Origin: an uncultured delta proteobacterium
Lineage (GTDB): Bacteria; Desulfobacterota; Binatia; UBA9968
Assembly (NCBI GenBank): GCA_963728565.1
Contig: CAVSLC010000002.1
Location: forward strand, 64,001-128,000
Direction: 5' to 3'
DNA: 64,000 bases
Made by a program: the position numbers and the translations under genes. Positions within the stretch are counted from its first letter, which is position 1. The number at the start of each line of letters is the position of its first letter. The notes below the pieces were generated by a model. It did not search any database. It had not been told where the DNA came from and was given only the letters and a program-made list of their open reading frames with translations. Positions 20,848-29,645 of this stretch are shown here, piece by piece.

Positions 20848-21894
20848 ATGGAACGCACTCTGTCGTATATCGATGCGATTCGCGAGGCCACGGATCAGGA
20901 GATGGCGCGAGACGGATCCGTGGTGATTTTTGGTCTCGATGTTGACGATCCCAAGGCAATTCAAGGAACCACGCGCGGGCTGCTTGAAAAGTATGGCCCG
21001 CAGCGTGTCTTCGGAACTCCACTGTCCGAGGACGCCATGACCGGAGTCGCCATTGGAATGGCTTTAGCGGGACTGCGGCCGATTCACGTTCACATCCGCA
21101 TGGATTTCATGCTGCTGGCGATGAATCAATTGGTCAACATTGCGGCCAAGAGTCGCTACATGTACGGCGGTCAAGTTCATGTGCCGATGGTTGTTCGTTG
21201 CATGATCGGCAAGAGTTGGGGGCAGGGCGCTCAGCACTCCCAGGGATTACACTCGCTCTTCATGCACATTCCCGGTCTGAAAGTGGTTGCGCCGGCCAAT
21301 CCTTATGACGCGAAGGGATGCTTGATCCAGGCGATCCGCGATGGTGATCCGGTCATCTATGTTGAGCATCGGATTCTCCATTTCCAAAAAGGCGTGGTTC
21401 CTGAATCCGAATACGCGGTTGCAGCTGGCAAAGCCCGCGTTTTAGCGCAAGGCCAAGATATTACACTCGTCGGAATTTCGTACATGGTATTGGAATGTCT
21501 GAGAGCGCGTGATTACCTTGCATCGACCGGCATCGATGCGGAAGTGATCGATCCCGTCTGGTTGAGCCCGCTTGACATCGACACCATCGTAAAATCCGCG
21601 CGAAAAACCGGCCGGCTGTGTGTCGTCGACAACGGCTGGACAGTCTGCGGTGCGGGCGCGGAAATAGTCAGCCAGGTAATCGAAAGACTGCAACACGACA
21701 GGCATGTGGCTGTCCAACGCTTGGGCTATGCTCCGGTGACCTGCCCGCCGACTCCGGTCCTGGAGGAGCTCTATTATCCAAACGCACGCACCATCGCATC
21801 CACGGCCTATGATCTGGTCAAAGGAGGCAAAAACGCTTGGTTGCCGCAGGAACGAAAAGACCTTGTCGAGTTCGAATTTCGCGGACCATTTTAA
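20848..21894 (+). CDS. ThDP-dependent dehydrogenase E1 beta-like subunit
   Basis: TPLSE, GMALAGLRP, GAQHSQ, PGLKVV, PYDAKG. Confidence 0.9.
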   Translation: MERTLSYIDAIREATDQEMARDGSVVIFGLDVDDPKAIQGTTRGLLEKYGPQRVFGTPLSEDAMTGVAIGMALAGLRPIHVHIRMDFMLLAMNQLVNIAAKSRYMYGGQVHVPMVVRCMIGKSWGQGAQHSQGLHSLFMHIPGLKVVAPANPYDAKGCLIQAIRDGDPVIYVEHRILHFQKGVVPESEYAVAAGKARVLAQGQDITLVGISYMVLECLRARDYLASTGIDAEVIDPVWLSPLDIDTIVKSARKTGRLCVVDNGWTVCGAGAEIVSQVIERLQHDRHVAVQRLGYAPVTCPPTPVLEELYYPNARTIASTAYDLVKGGKNAWLPQERKDLVEFEFRGPF

Positions 21895-21901
21895 TCCAAT
21901 C

Positions 21902-23113
21902 ATGAATACTATCCAAAATCTCGCTTGGCCACTAATGAAGAATAATCTCGCCAAGGAGGATTTCGCCAAGGTTGTCGAGCTGCTGCATCAGCAGGACCCG
22001 ATCTTGACGCAATCGGATCACGTCAAGGAGTTTGAAAAAGAATGGTCGGCTTGGCTGGGTGTCAAACACAGCGTCTTTGTAAATTCCGGTTCCTCGGCAA
22101 ATCTCTTGACCATGTGCGCGCTTAAAGAGCGCTATGGCTCGGGAGAAATCATCGTGCCGCCGTTGACTTGGGTGTCCGATATTGCTTCGGTGATCCAGTC
22201 CGGGTTTAAACCGGTATTCGTCGACATCGATCGCCGCACGCTTGGAATGGACAACCAACAAATCCGCGAAAAAATTTCGCCCGATACCAAAGCCGTATTC
22301 ATGACTCACGTGTTAGGGTTCAACGCCTTGCAAAAGTCGCTTCTGGCCGAGCTTGAAGACCGTGGTATTCCGCTTGTGGAAGACGTTTGTGAATCACATG
22401 GAGCGACGTGCGAGGGGAAAAAACTGGGAACTTTCGGGCTGATGTCCAACTTCTCCTTCTACTATGCGCATCATATGAGCACCATCGAGGGTGGTATGAT
22501 TTGCACCAACAACTCCGATCTGTATGAAATCCTGCGCATGCTTCGTTCCCATGGTATGGTACGAGAGTCGACTTCGTCCGAGCTTAAGGAGAGTTTCTAT
22601 CGCAACTACCCGGATCTGAACCCCGACTTCATATTTGCATTCCCGGCATACAATGTTCGAAGCACGGAAATAAACGCTGTCATCGGCCGTTCTCAGCTCA
22701 AGCGGCTCGATGCCAACAACAGAATAAGATCGGAGAATTTAAACTTGTTTCTCGACCATCTAGACTCTGAGAAGTACCAGACCGATTTTGTCACGGCGGG
22801 AAGCTGCAATTATGCGTTCACGTTGGTGCTCAATCGCGCTGATCCGGTATTATGTGAAAACGTGATGCAAATGCTGCGGCGCTACAACGTAGAATTCCGC
22901 CGCGGCACCTCGGGCGGCGGAAATCAATTGCGGCAGCCTTATCTAAGAAGAATAATGGGCGAGCGCGAGTTTGAAAAGTATCCAAACGTCGATCATGTTC
23001 ATTTCTACGGCTTCTACATAGGTAATTATCCGGATCTCGAGCGAGAAAAGATCCTTCAGTTATGTTCTCTCTTGAACAGCGTCTCCGGTGAGGAAGCACG
23101 TTATGTCTCGTAA
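21902..23113 (+). CDS. DegT/DnrJ-family PLP enzyme with active-site His (ColD/RfbH-type sugar 3-dehydratase)
   Basis: VNSGSSANL, EDVCESHGA, FSFYYAHHMSTIEGG with His at the position where aminotransferases have the Schiff-base Lys. Confidence 0.8.
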   Translation: MNTIQNLAWPLMKNNLAKEDFAKVVELLHQQDPILTQSDHVKEFEKEWSAWLGVKHSVFVNSGSSANLLTMCALKERYGSGEIIVPPLTWVSDIASVIQSGFKPVFVDIDRRTLGMDNQQIREKISPDTKAVFMTHVLGFNALQKSLLAELEDRGIPLVEDVCESHGATCEGKKLGTFGLMSNFSFYYAHHMSTIEGGMICTNNSDLYEILRMLRSHGMVRESTSSELKESFYRNYPDLNPDFIFAFPAYNVRSTEINAVIGRSQLKRLDANNRIRSENLNLFLDHLDSEKYQTDFVTAGSCNYAFTLVLNRADPVLCENVMQMLRRYNVEFRRGTSGGGNQLRQPYLRRIMGEREFEKYPNVDHVHFYGFYIGNYPDLEREKILQLCSLLNSVSGEEARYVS

Positions 23114-24617
23114 TGGCCAGTTGGACCTGGTATTGGTTCACCCCGGAACCCGGATGCAGGTTTATCAATCCTTGGGATCGAAGCTGGCAGCGATCGAGCC
23201 TCCGGTATGGGCAAGCTTGTTGGCGACGTTTGTTCGTAAACACGGTTTTTCGGTTCAAATCGTCGATGCGGAAGCGGAGAATCTAACACCCGAAGAGACC
23301 GCAACGCGGATCGAAGAGATGGATCCTCGATTGGCGGTGATTGTCGTTTACGGCCATCAACCATCGGCCTCTACTCAAAACATGACGGTCTCAGGCTTGA
23401 TCTGCACTGCGCTTAAAGAACTCAACCCGAATCGCAAATTAGCGCTGGTGGGCGGGCATGTCGCGGCGCTTCCGGAACGTACGTTACGGGAGGAAGCGGC
23501 GGATTTCGTATGCACCGGAGAAGGACCCTATACTCTCGTCGATTTGTTGCAGGCGGCAAACTCTACATCACCGGATTATTCGAAGGTGCGGGGAATCTGC
23601 TACTGGAAAGACGGCCTTGTCGCGTCCACACCCGCAGCTCCACTGGTCAAAAATCTAGATGAAGAAATCCCGGAACTCGCATGGGATCTTTTGCCTATGG
23701 ACAAGTACCGAGCGCACAACTGGCACTGCTTCGGAGATCTTCAACGAGAGCCCTATGCATCGTTTTACACAACCTTCGGCTGTCCTTTTCATTGCAGCTT
23801 CTGCTGTATTCAAGCGCCGTTTAAGACCGGAGAAAAGGAAGCGGGATGGAAGGAAAGCGTCAATAGTTATCGCTTCTGGAGCGCTCAAGCGGTAATCGCG
23901 CAAATCGATAAGCTGGTCAACCAGTATGGCATTCGCAACATAAAAATAGCCGACGAGATGTTCGTTCTGAATTCGCGTCACATACTTGGGATATGCGATG
24001 CGATTATCGAACGCGGCTACGACCTGAATATCTGGGCTTACGCGCGTGTCGACACGGTCAAGGACGGCATGCTGGAAAAGCTTAAACGCGCAGGCTTCAA
24101 CTGGCTGGCGTTTGGCATCGAGGCGGCTAGCGATCGGGTGCGTGATGATGTAGATAAAGGGTTTGATCAAGAGGTGATCTTTCGCACTTTGGAGAACGTG
24201 AGAGCAGCCGATGTTAACGTGATCGCCAACTATATTTTTGGTCTTCCGGAAGATGATCTGGAGAGCATGGAATCGACGCTTGATTTGGCTCTCGAACTCA
24301 ACTGTGAATTCGCGAACTTCTATTCCGCCATGGCCTATCCTGGATCCCAGTTATACAACCTGGCGATGAGAGAAGGTTGGCCGCTCCCAGAGAAGTGGTC
24401 CGGCTATTCGCAGCATGCCATCGACACCTTGCCCTTGCCCACGAAGTACCTGTCAGGCGCGGAGGTGCTGAAATTTCGTGATGAGGCTTTTCACCGTTAT
24501 TTCAGCAGTCCACAGTATTTGCGCATGATAGAGGGCAAATACGGTTCGCTTACGGCTGAGCACATCCGCGAAATGGCGTCACAACGGTTAGTCAGAAGAG
24601 TCCTGGCTGCAGCCTGA
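23103..24617 (+). CDS. Cobalamin-binding radical SAM enzyme
   Basis: N-terminal B12-binding domain (VGGHV...TGEG), GCPFHCSFC CxxxCxxC motif, IADEMF, FGIE, IFGLP. Confidence 0.9.
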   Translation: MSRNGQLDLVLVHPGTRMQVYQSLGSKLAAIEPPVWASLLATFVRKHGFSVQIVDAEAENLTPEETATRIEEMDPRLAVIVVYGHQPSASTQNMTVSGLICTALKELNPNRKLALVGGHVAALPERTLREEAADFVCTGEGPYTLVDLLQAANSTSPDYSKVRGICYWKDGLVASTPAAPLVKNLDEEIPELAWDLLPMDKYRAHNWHCFGDLQREPYASFYTTFGCPFHCSFCCIQAPFKTGEKEAGWKESVNSYRFWSAQAVIAQIDKLVNQYGIRNIKIADEMFVLNSRHILGICDAIIERGYDLNIWAYARVDTVKDGMLEKLKRAGFNWLAFGIEAASDRVRDDVDKGFDQEVIFRTLENVRAADVNVIANYIFGLPEDDLESMESTLDLALELNCEFANFYSAMAYPGSQLYNLAMREGWPLPEKWSGYSQHAIDTLPLPTKYLSGAEVLKFRDEAFHRYFSSPQYLRMIEGKYGSLTAEHIREMASQRLVRRVLAAA

Positions 24618-24628
24618 ACGCTTGGTGC

Positions 24629-25264
24629 GTGCGACGCGATTCTGTGCGAAAGCGACGATCTGCTGATCCGACGGGTGCGAAATCTCAGCAGCCGGAGCAA
24701 AAAAAGCGAAAACTTGTCTGCGAGAACAGCCAGTTCAATATCTTCTTTGACGAACTGACTTCCCAAGGCCGCACGACCATCACAGATTATCTGGTGGTTG
24801 CGCCAAAACGTGTCGCCTCTAATCTTGTCACCGGAGTGGCGATTCTGCCGATCGTTGACGGCAAAATCGGCCTAATTCGCATTTACCGTCATCCCATTGG
24901 GCAATACTCATGGGAGATTCCGCGAGGTTTTATCGATCGGCAAGAGGTGTCTGCGAGCGCAGCGGGTCGAGAACTAAAGGAAGAGACGGGACTCGATTGC
25001 AAGCCCGAAGCGATTCGATCGTTGGGCTTTATTACTCCGGATGGGGGAATTTTGGCGGCCAGAGTGCAGCTGTTTGCGGCGATGAATTGTGTAAAGGAAC
25101 GGGAGTATGCACCCGCGGAAATCGGTCATCGAGAGCTCCGATTCTTCGATATTCAACAAGTGGAAGAAATGATTTTTCGTGCTGAGGTGCAGGATCCGTC
25201 AACAGTCATAGCATTCTTTATGTACCGTCGATTTGAGAAACAGGTTCTGGACGGCCCAGTGTGA
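24629..25264 (+). CDS. Nudix hydrolase
   Basis: WEIPRGFIDRQEVSASAAGRELKEETG Nudix box; exact start uncertain. Confidence 0.85.
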   Translation: MRRDSVRKRRSADPTGAKSQQPEQKKRKLVCENSQFNIFFDELTSQGRTTITDYLVVAPKRVASNLVTGVAILPIVDGKIGLIRIYRHPIGQYSWEIPRGFIDRQEVSASAAGRELKEETGLDCKPEAIRSLGFITPDGGILAARVQLFAAMNCVKEREYAPAEIGHRELRFFDIQQVEEMIFRAEVQDPSTVIAFFMYRRFEKQVLDGPV

Positions 25265-25962
25265 AAGTGACTCTGCTAGTTCTGGCGCTGAATGAAATCG
25301 ACGGTATGAAGGCGATCATGCCGCGGGTAAAAAGAGAGTGGTATGACCAGATCATCATTTTAGACGGCGGCTCCACCGATGGAACCATCGAGTATGCTAA
25401 AGAACAGGGATATTTCGTCTACGTCCAGAAAAGGCGCGGATTTCGCCACGCCTATACCGAAGTACTGCCATATATTGAAGGGGAGGTGATCGTGACCTTC
25501 AGCCCCGACGGCAACTCGGTTCCGGAGCGTATTCCTGCATTGATCGAGAAAATGAAAGAAGGATACGACATGGTGATTGGCTCCCGTTACCTGGACGGGG
25601 CCAAGAGTGATGATGATGACGTGATTACGGCTTTCGGCAATTGGCTGTTTACCAAAACGATCAACGTCCTGCATGGCGGATGCTATACCGATTCGATGGT
25701 GATCTTCCGCGCTTACAAAACTCAATTGATCTACGATCTGGAACTCCACACCGATGAGCCCTACGCCACCGCTGAGAAGCTTTTCCATACGACGATCAGT
25801 TGGGAGCCATTACTGTCAGTCAGGGCGGCTAAGAGAAATCTAAAGATAGCCGAAATCCCGGCCGACGAGCCACCACGCGTAGGTGGAACGAGGAAGCTCC
25901 AGGTGCTGAGATGGGGTGGAGCGTATTATTATCAGTTCATTCGAGAAAAGTTTTATTGGTAG
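25261..25962 (+). CDS. GT2 glycosyltransferase (DPM1/polyprenol-phosphate sugar synthase-like)
   Basis: LNE, DGGSTDGT, SPDG, DMVIGSRY, EIPADEPPR.GG. Confidence 0.85.
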   Translation: MKVTLLVLALNEIDGMKAIMPRVKREWYDQIIILDGGSTDGTIEYAKEQGYFVYVQKRRGFRHAYTEVLPYIEGEVIVTFSPDGNSVPERIPALIEKMKEGYDMVIGSRYLDGAKSDDDDVITAFGNWLFTKTINVLHGGCYTDSMVIFRAYKTQLIYDLELHTDEPYATAEKLFHTTISWEPLLSVRAAKRNLKIAEIPADEPPRVGGTRKLQVLRWGGAYYYQFIREKFYW

Positions 25963-26058
25963 TAAGAAATATGAGCGCAACCAGCTAAGGCAGCTTCAGG
26001 GTGGCACGGTAACTTCACTTAGAGAAAAGACCCATTCATATAACGTACAGGTGTGCCA

Positions 26059-27057
26059 ATGACGATTTCGAGAGTTTTGATTACCGGTATAGCCGGATCA
26101 GCTGGGAGTTATTTAGCTGAGTATATCGGCGAGCATCAACCACAAGTTGAGATTCACGGCCTAGCAGGTTTTCGAACTCCGAGAGAAAATCTAGAAGGGG
26201 TAAAGGATAAAGTCTGTGTTCACGATGGAGACCTTATGGAGTTTCCTTCGCTTGTTGCGATCTTAGAAAAAGTGAAGCCCGACGGGATATTCCATCTCGC
26301 AGCTTACGCGAACGTTCGCGCATCTTTTACCGCGCCTTCAACTATCTTACGGAACAACATTCTCGGTACCTGCAACCTTTTTGAAGCAATTAAAATGTCG
26401 AGGCAAAACCCACTGATCCAGCTATGCAGCACATCGGAAGTCTACGGACAGGTGGAGGCGAAAGACATTCCCATCAAAGAAGATGCCCCGTTTCGGCCTG
26501 CAAGTCCGTACGCCGTCTCCAAGGTCGCTCAGGATATGTTGGGATGGACGTACTTCTCTGCTTATAAGATGCAGATCGTTCGTACCCGAATGTTTGCCTA
26601 TATCAATCCTCGCCGTCCTGACCTTTTTGCTACATCATTCGCAAAACAAATCGCCTGGATCGAACGGGGGCTCCAAACTGAGTTGCTGCACGGCAATCTT
26701 GATTCGGTTCGCACATTTCTGGATGTGAAAGATGCGATGCGCGCCTATTGGTTAGCTTTGGTTCACTGTGATCCTGGTGAGGTTTATAACATCGGCAGCA
26801 CGAATGTTTCGACCGTGGGGGAGGTCCTGGAACGGCTGATCGAGCTGAGCACAGTCCCTATACCCAGGCGATTGCTGCCGGAACTTCTCCGGCCCGCAGA
26901 TGTAACTTTACAAGTTCCCTGCATCGAAAAATTTGTTGCTGCGACTGGTTGGAAATCCGAATATGACTTCGATGAAAGCTTGCGGCACCTTATGGCTTAT
27001 TGGCGGAAACAAGCAGCGAAGACTGTCATGTCGTACTCTGAATCGATAGAATCGTAA
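26059..27057 (+). CDS. GDP-sugar 4,6-dehydratase (DmhA/Gmd-like)
   Basis: ITGIAGSAGSYLAE, FHLAA, STSEVYG, SPYAVSK, AKQIAWIE...GNLDSVRTF, LRPAD. Confidence 0.8.
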   Translation: MTISRVLITGIAGSAGSYLAEYIGEHQPQVEIHGLAGFRTPRENLEGVKDKVCVHDGDLMEFPSLVAILEKVKPDGIFHLAAYANVRASFTAPSTILRNNILGTCNLFEAIKMSRQNPLIQLCSTSEVYGQVEAKDIPIKEDAPFRPASPYAVSKVAQDMLGWTYFSAYKMQIVRTRMFAYINPRRPDLFATSFAKQIAWIERGLQTELLHGNLDSVRTFLDVKDAMRAYWLALVHCDPGEVYNIGSTNVSTVGEVLERLIELSTVPIPRRLLPELLRPADVTLQVPCIEKFVAATGWKSEYDFDESLRHLMAYWRKQAAKTVMSYSESIES

Positions 27058-27272
27058 GCTCCTTTGACAAAAGCGGAATTCTGCCAGCCCCACGCTACTT
27101 CATATCTTTTCGGATCAATCCTGCCTTAGATTTTGACCTATTCACGGGTTGCGATAACGATCATCGCAAATGTTTGCGCCAGAGCGAACTTCGATCAACT
27201 CCATTGCGATCGTTATATGATTCAAATGGATCCGGATGAACCTGAGCAGTTGAAAGACCAAAACCGGAAGGT

Positions 27273-29645
27273 ATGGACTTTATGAGTTTTGGCTTGCGTC
27301 AATCTATGATTTTACTGTCCGTTTGGATCGCGGTCAGTACTGGCTTTTTCTTTTGGCGTTTACCGGTCGCGTTGATCTGGTGCGATACTGTAGTAGTCAG
27401 TAACAACTTGTACGAGGAACCAAATCCAATAATGTGGCGAAATCCAGGTACACTTACATGGATCCTTCACCACTCTTTTTACGACGTCGGATCGGACGGA
27501 TACCGACCATTGAGTAGGGTTATTTTTTGGGCTGGTACAGCATTTTTTAGCGACTTAGACAGCAATTCTACTCTGTACTTTGCGATCGTGGGTATGCTGT
27601 TTGGTACACTAGCTGTATGTTTTTTCTTGGTCGCTCGTCGTTTTCTGCTTTCCGAAACAGCGGCACTGTTCGCTGTGCTCCTTTTCTTGTTCTCTACTCC
27701 TATCGTCACCGGTGCGTGGAACGTCATTTGTGGAATACAGGCGCTTGTTCCGCTGATGATATGCTTAGGACTGTTGTGTTATTGGAGGGTTGCAGAGTCG
27801 TCGAACTACAAAAGCCGGTACATGGCAGGACTTTGCGCAATCTTGTTTATAGGGCCATGGTTCCGTGAATTCATCGGACTTCTCCCATTGCTCATCATCT
27901 TTCTTGAAGCGCAAAGAGTACGGCGGCCAACAATTATCACGATTGTCGCCGGTTTGTTTTTTATCCACTCTATCTTTCCAGCTGCCATCGTAAAGTTGAC
28001 GGTCTATCCAGATCTGCCAGTTTACCCGGTATTTGCCATGGGTCATTTGGGTCACCAAGTCGCCGCTAGTATAGCTGATGACAGGGTGTTTTCAATTTCG
28101 CGAGTTTTTTCGGAGTTAAAATGGGAAACCGTTTATCATTTTTTGACTCTCTATCCATCCTTACTATTTATCCTCTCATTGATCGCCTTTTTACTTCCGA
28201 CTATGCGGCTAGTGCCTACTCTGATTTCCTTCTGGGTACACATTTCTACCGGACATCGCAGGTTCATTTCCTTTTCGTCAGTAATAGGAATGCTCCCATC
28301 GCTCCTGTTCCTTCTGGCCGGCATCTGCGGTTACTTTGTGACCGTTAGCCAGGAGTGGCTTCTTCTTTGGATTTTCGCCGGATTTGCGTCTTTCGCTGTC
28401 TACCGAAACGTTTTTGTCGCTTTTTGGTTTTTGTTGTTTCTGATGCCTTTTCTCAGAATCTTCACCGAGCAGGTGCACTTGGCCTACGCACTATTACCAG
28501 CCTCAATCATCATCGCCGCTGCTGTCGAAGAATTGTGGCGGTCTGTTCAATATCGTGGGTTTTGGTTCACAACCGCTCGCTACATGCTGTGTTCAGTAGT
28601 GGCGCTGGCCACCGCCGATCATTTGCTCAATCCGTATAATAGTTACCGCGTCGTACAGTCGATCAATAATGGAATCGTGGAAATGGCGGGTTGGTTTAGA
28701 TCAAAAGTACCCGCTGGATCGATTGTGATTACTAATGTTTTACATGGCGAAGACATTCGATTCTTCTCCAACAACCACATAAAAGTGTTTTGGACGGTCC
28801 GTGCGGGCATTCCTCGTGATAAAGATGCAGTGGATGAACCGAGCACGTTGGAACAGCTGCTCCAAGAGAATTACGCTAAGACGGAGGTCTATTTTCTAGA
28901 CGTCGACTTCGACTATGCTTTAGAAAAGGTCGATTATCATTCCCATAAATATGTGCGAAATCGGAGTGTAGACATGAGTGAAATTGGTCGCGTTCATACA
29001 ACGCAGGTTCGTTATCCCTTCATTGATCCTCTAAAAAATTGGGTTCCTAGAGCCTATGTCGCTTTCTTGGGTGCTCCCGATTTGGAGAATGATTTTTATC
29101 GGGGACCCGCCCAAAATGGTGCTCGTTTCATGCGCGAGGTCTATGCGGAATACTACCTCTATAAAGTGTCCAGCACTAACGTTTACACGTTGAACCCCAC
29201 CGGAACGCCTCGACTCCTTCAAGAAGATTATCGTGGATTCAATATTCTTGGTCTGAATGGCCGGTTCTTTGCGATTCCGAAGTCCGAAGGTGCTTTTGAG
29301 CTGCAAAAAATAGAGGACAAATTTTACTCCAAGAGTTTTGTGGCAGACAAATACGACGAGATTCTCCGCCACATCGACGCCACTCTGCCTGGGGAGGGCG
29401 AGCCGATGCGCTTTGATGTATGCGCTTCCTCATCCCTGCGCCAGATCAAAGCGGCTACTCTGATCGAAGAGGGATACCGCCGGTACAACATAGTTGGATA
29501 CGAAGGCCGGCTTTATGCAATTCCTCAGGGCGAAGGTAGTTTTGAGATAGCGCGAATTCGAACAGGCGATTACAGCCGCTGGTTTACTGGGTGTTCACTA
29601 GAATCTGTGAAACAACAGCTGGACCAATCTCTGAATCGTAAGTGA
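27273..29645 (+). CDS. Large polytopic membrane protein (GT-C-like) with C-terminal tandem ~57-aa repeat domain
   Basis: Many hydrophobic segments, early GYRPLS loop motif, soluble C-terminus with two repeats; glycan-locus context. Confidence 0.55.
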   Translation: MDFMSFGLRQSMILLSVWIAVSTGFFFWRLPVALIWCDTVVVSNNLYEEPNPIMWRNPGTLTWILHHSFYDVGSDGYRPLSRVIFWAGTAFFSDLDSNSTLYFAIVGMLFGTLAVCFFLVARRFLLSETAALFAVLLFLFSTPIVTGAWNVICGIQALVPLMICLGLLCYWRVAESSNYKSRYMAGLCAILFIGPWFREFIGLLPLLIIFLEAQRVRRPTIITIVAGLFFIHSIFPAAIVKLTVYPDLPVYPVFAMGHLGHQVAASIADDRVFSISRVFSELKWETVYHFLTLYPSLLFILSLIAFLLPTMRLVPTLISFWVHISTGHRRFISFSSVIGMLPSLLFLLAGICGYFVTVSQEWLLLWIFAGFASFAVYRNVFVAFWFLLFLMPFLRIFTEQVHLAYALLPASIIIAAAVEELWRSVQYRGFWFTTARYMLCSVVALATADHLLNPYNSYRVVQSINNGIVEMAGWFRSKVPAGSIVITNVLHGEDIRFFSNNHIKVFWTVRAGIPRDKDAVDEPSTLEQLLQENYAKTEVYFLDVDFDYALEKVDYHSHKYVRNRSVDMSEIGRVHTTQVRYPFIDPLKNWVPRAYVAFLGAPDLENDFYRGPAQNGARFMREVYAEYYLYKVSSTNVYTLNPTGTPRLLQEDYRGFNILGLNGRFFAIPKSEGAFELQKIEDKFYSKSFVADKYDEILRHIDATLPGEGEPMRFDVCASSSLRQIKAATLIEEGYRRYNIVGYEGRLYAIPQGEGSFEIARIRTGDYSRWFTGCSLESVKQQLDQSLNRK

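Noticed and set aside
19909-21894. Pyruvate/acetoin dehydrogenase complex
   Set aside because: No E2 or E3 gene or lipoyl domain is present, and the pair is embedded in a nucleotide-sugar operon.
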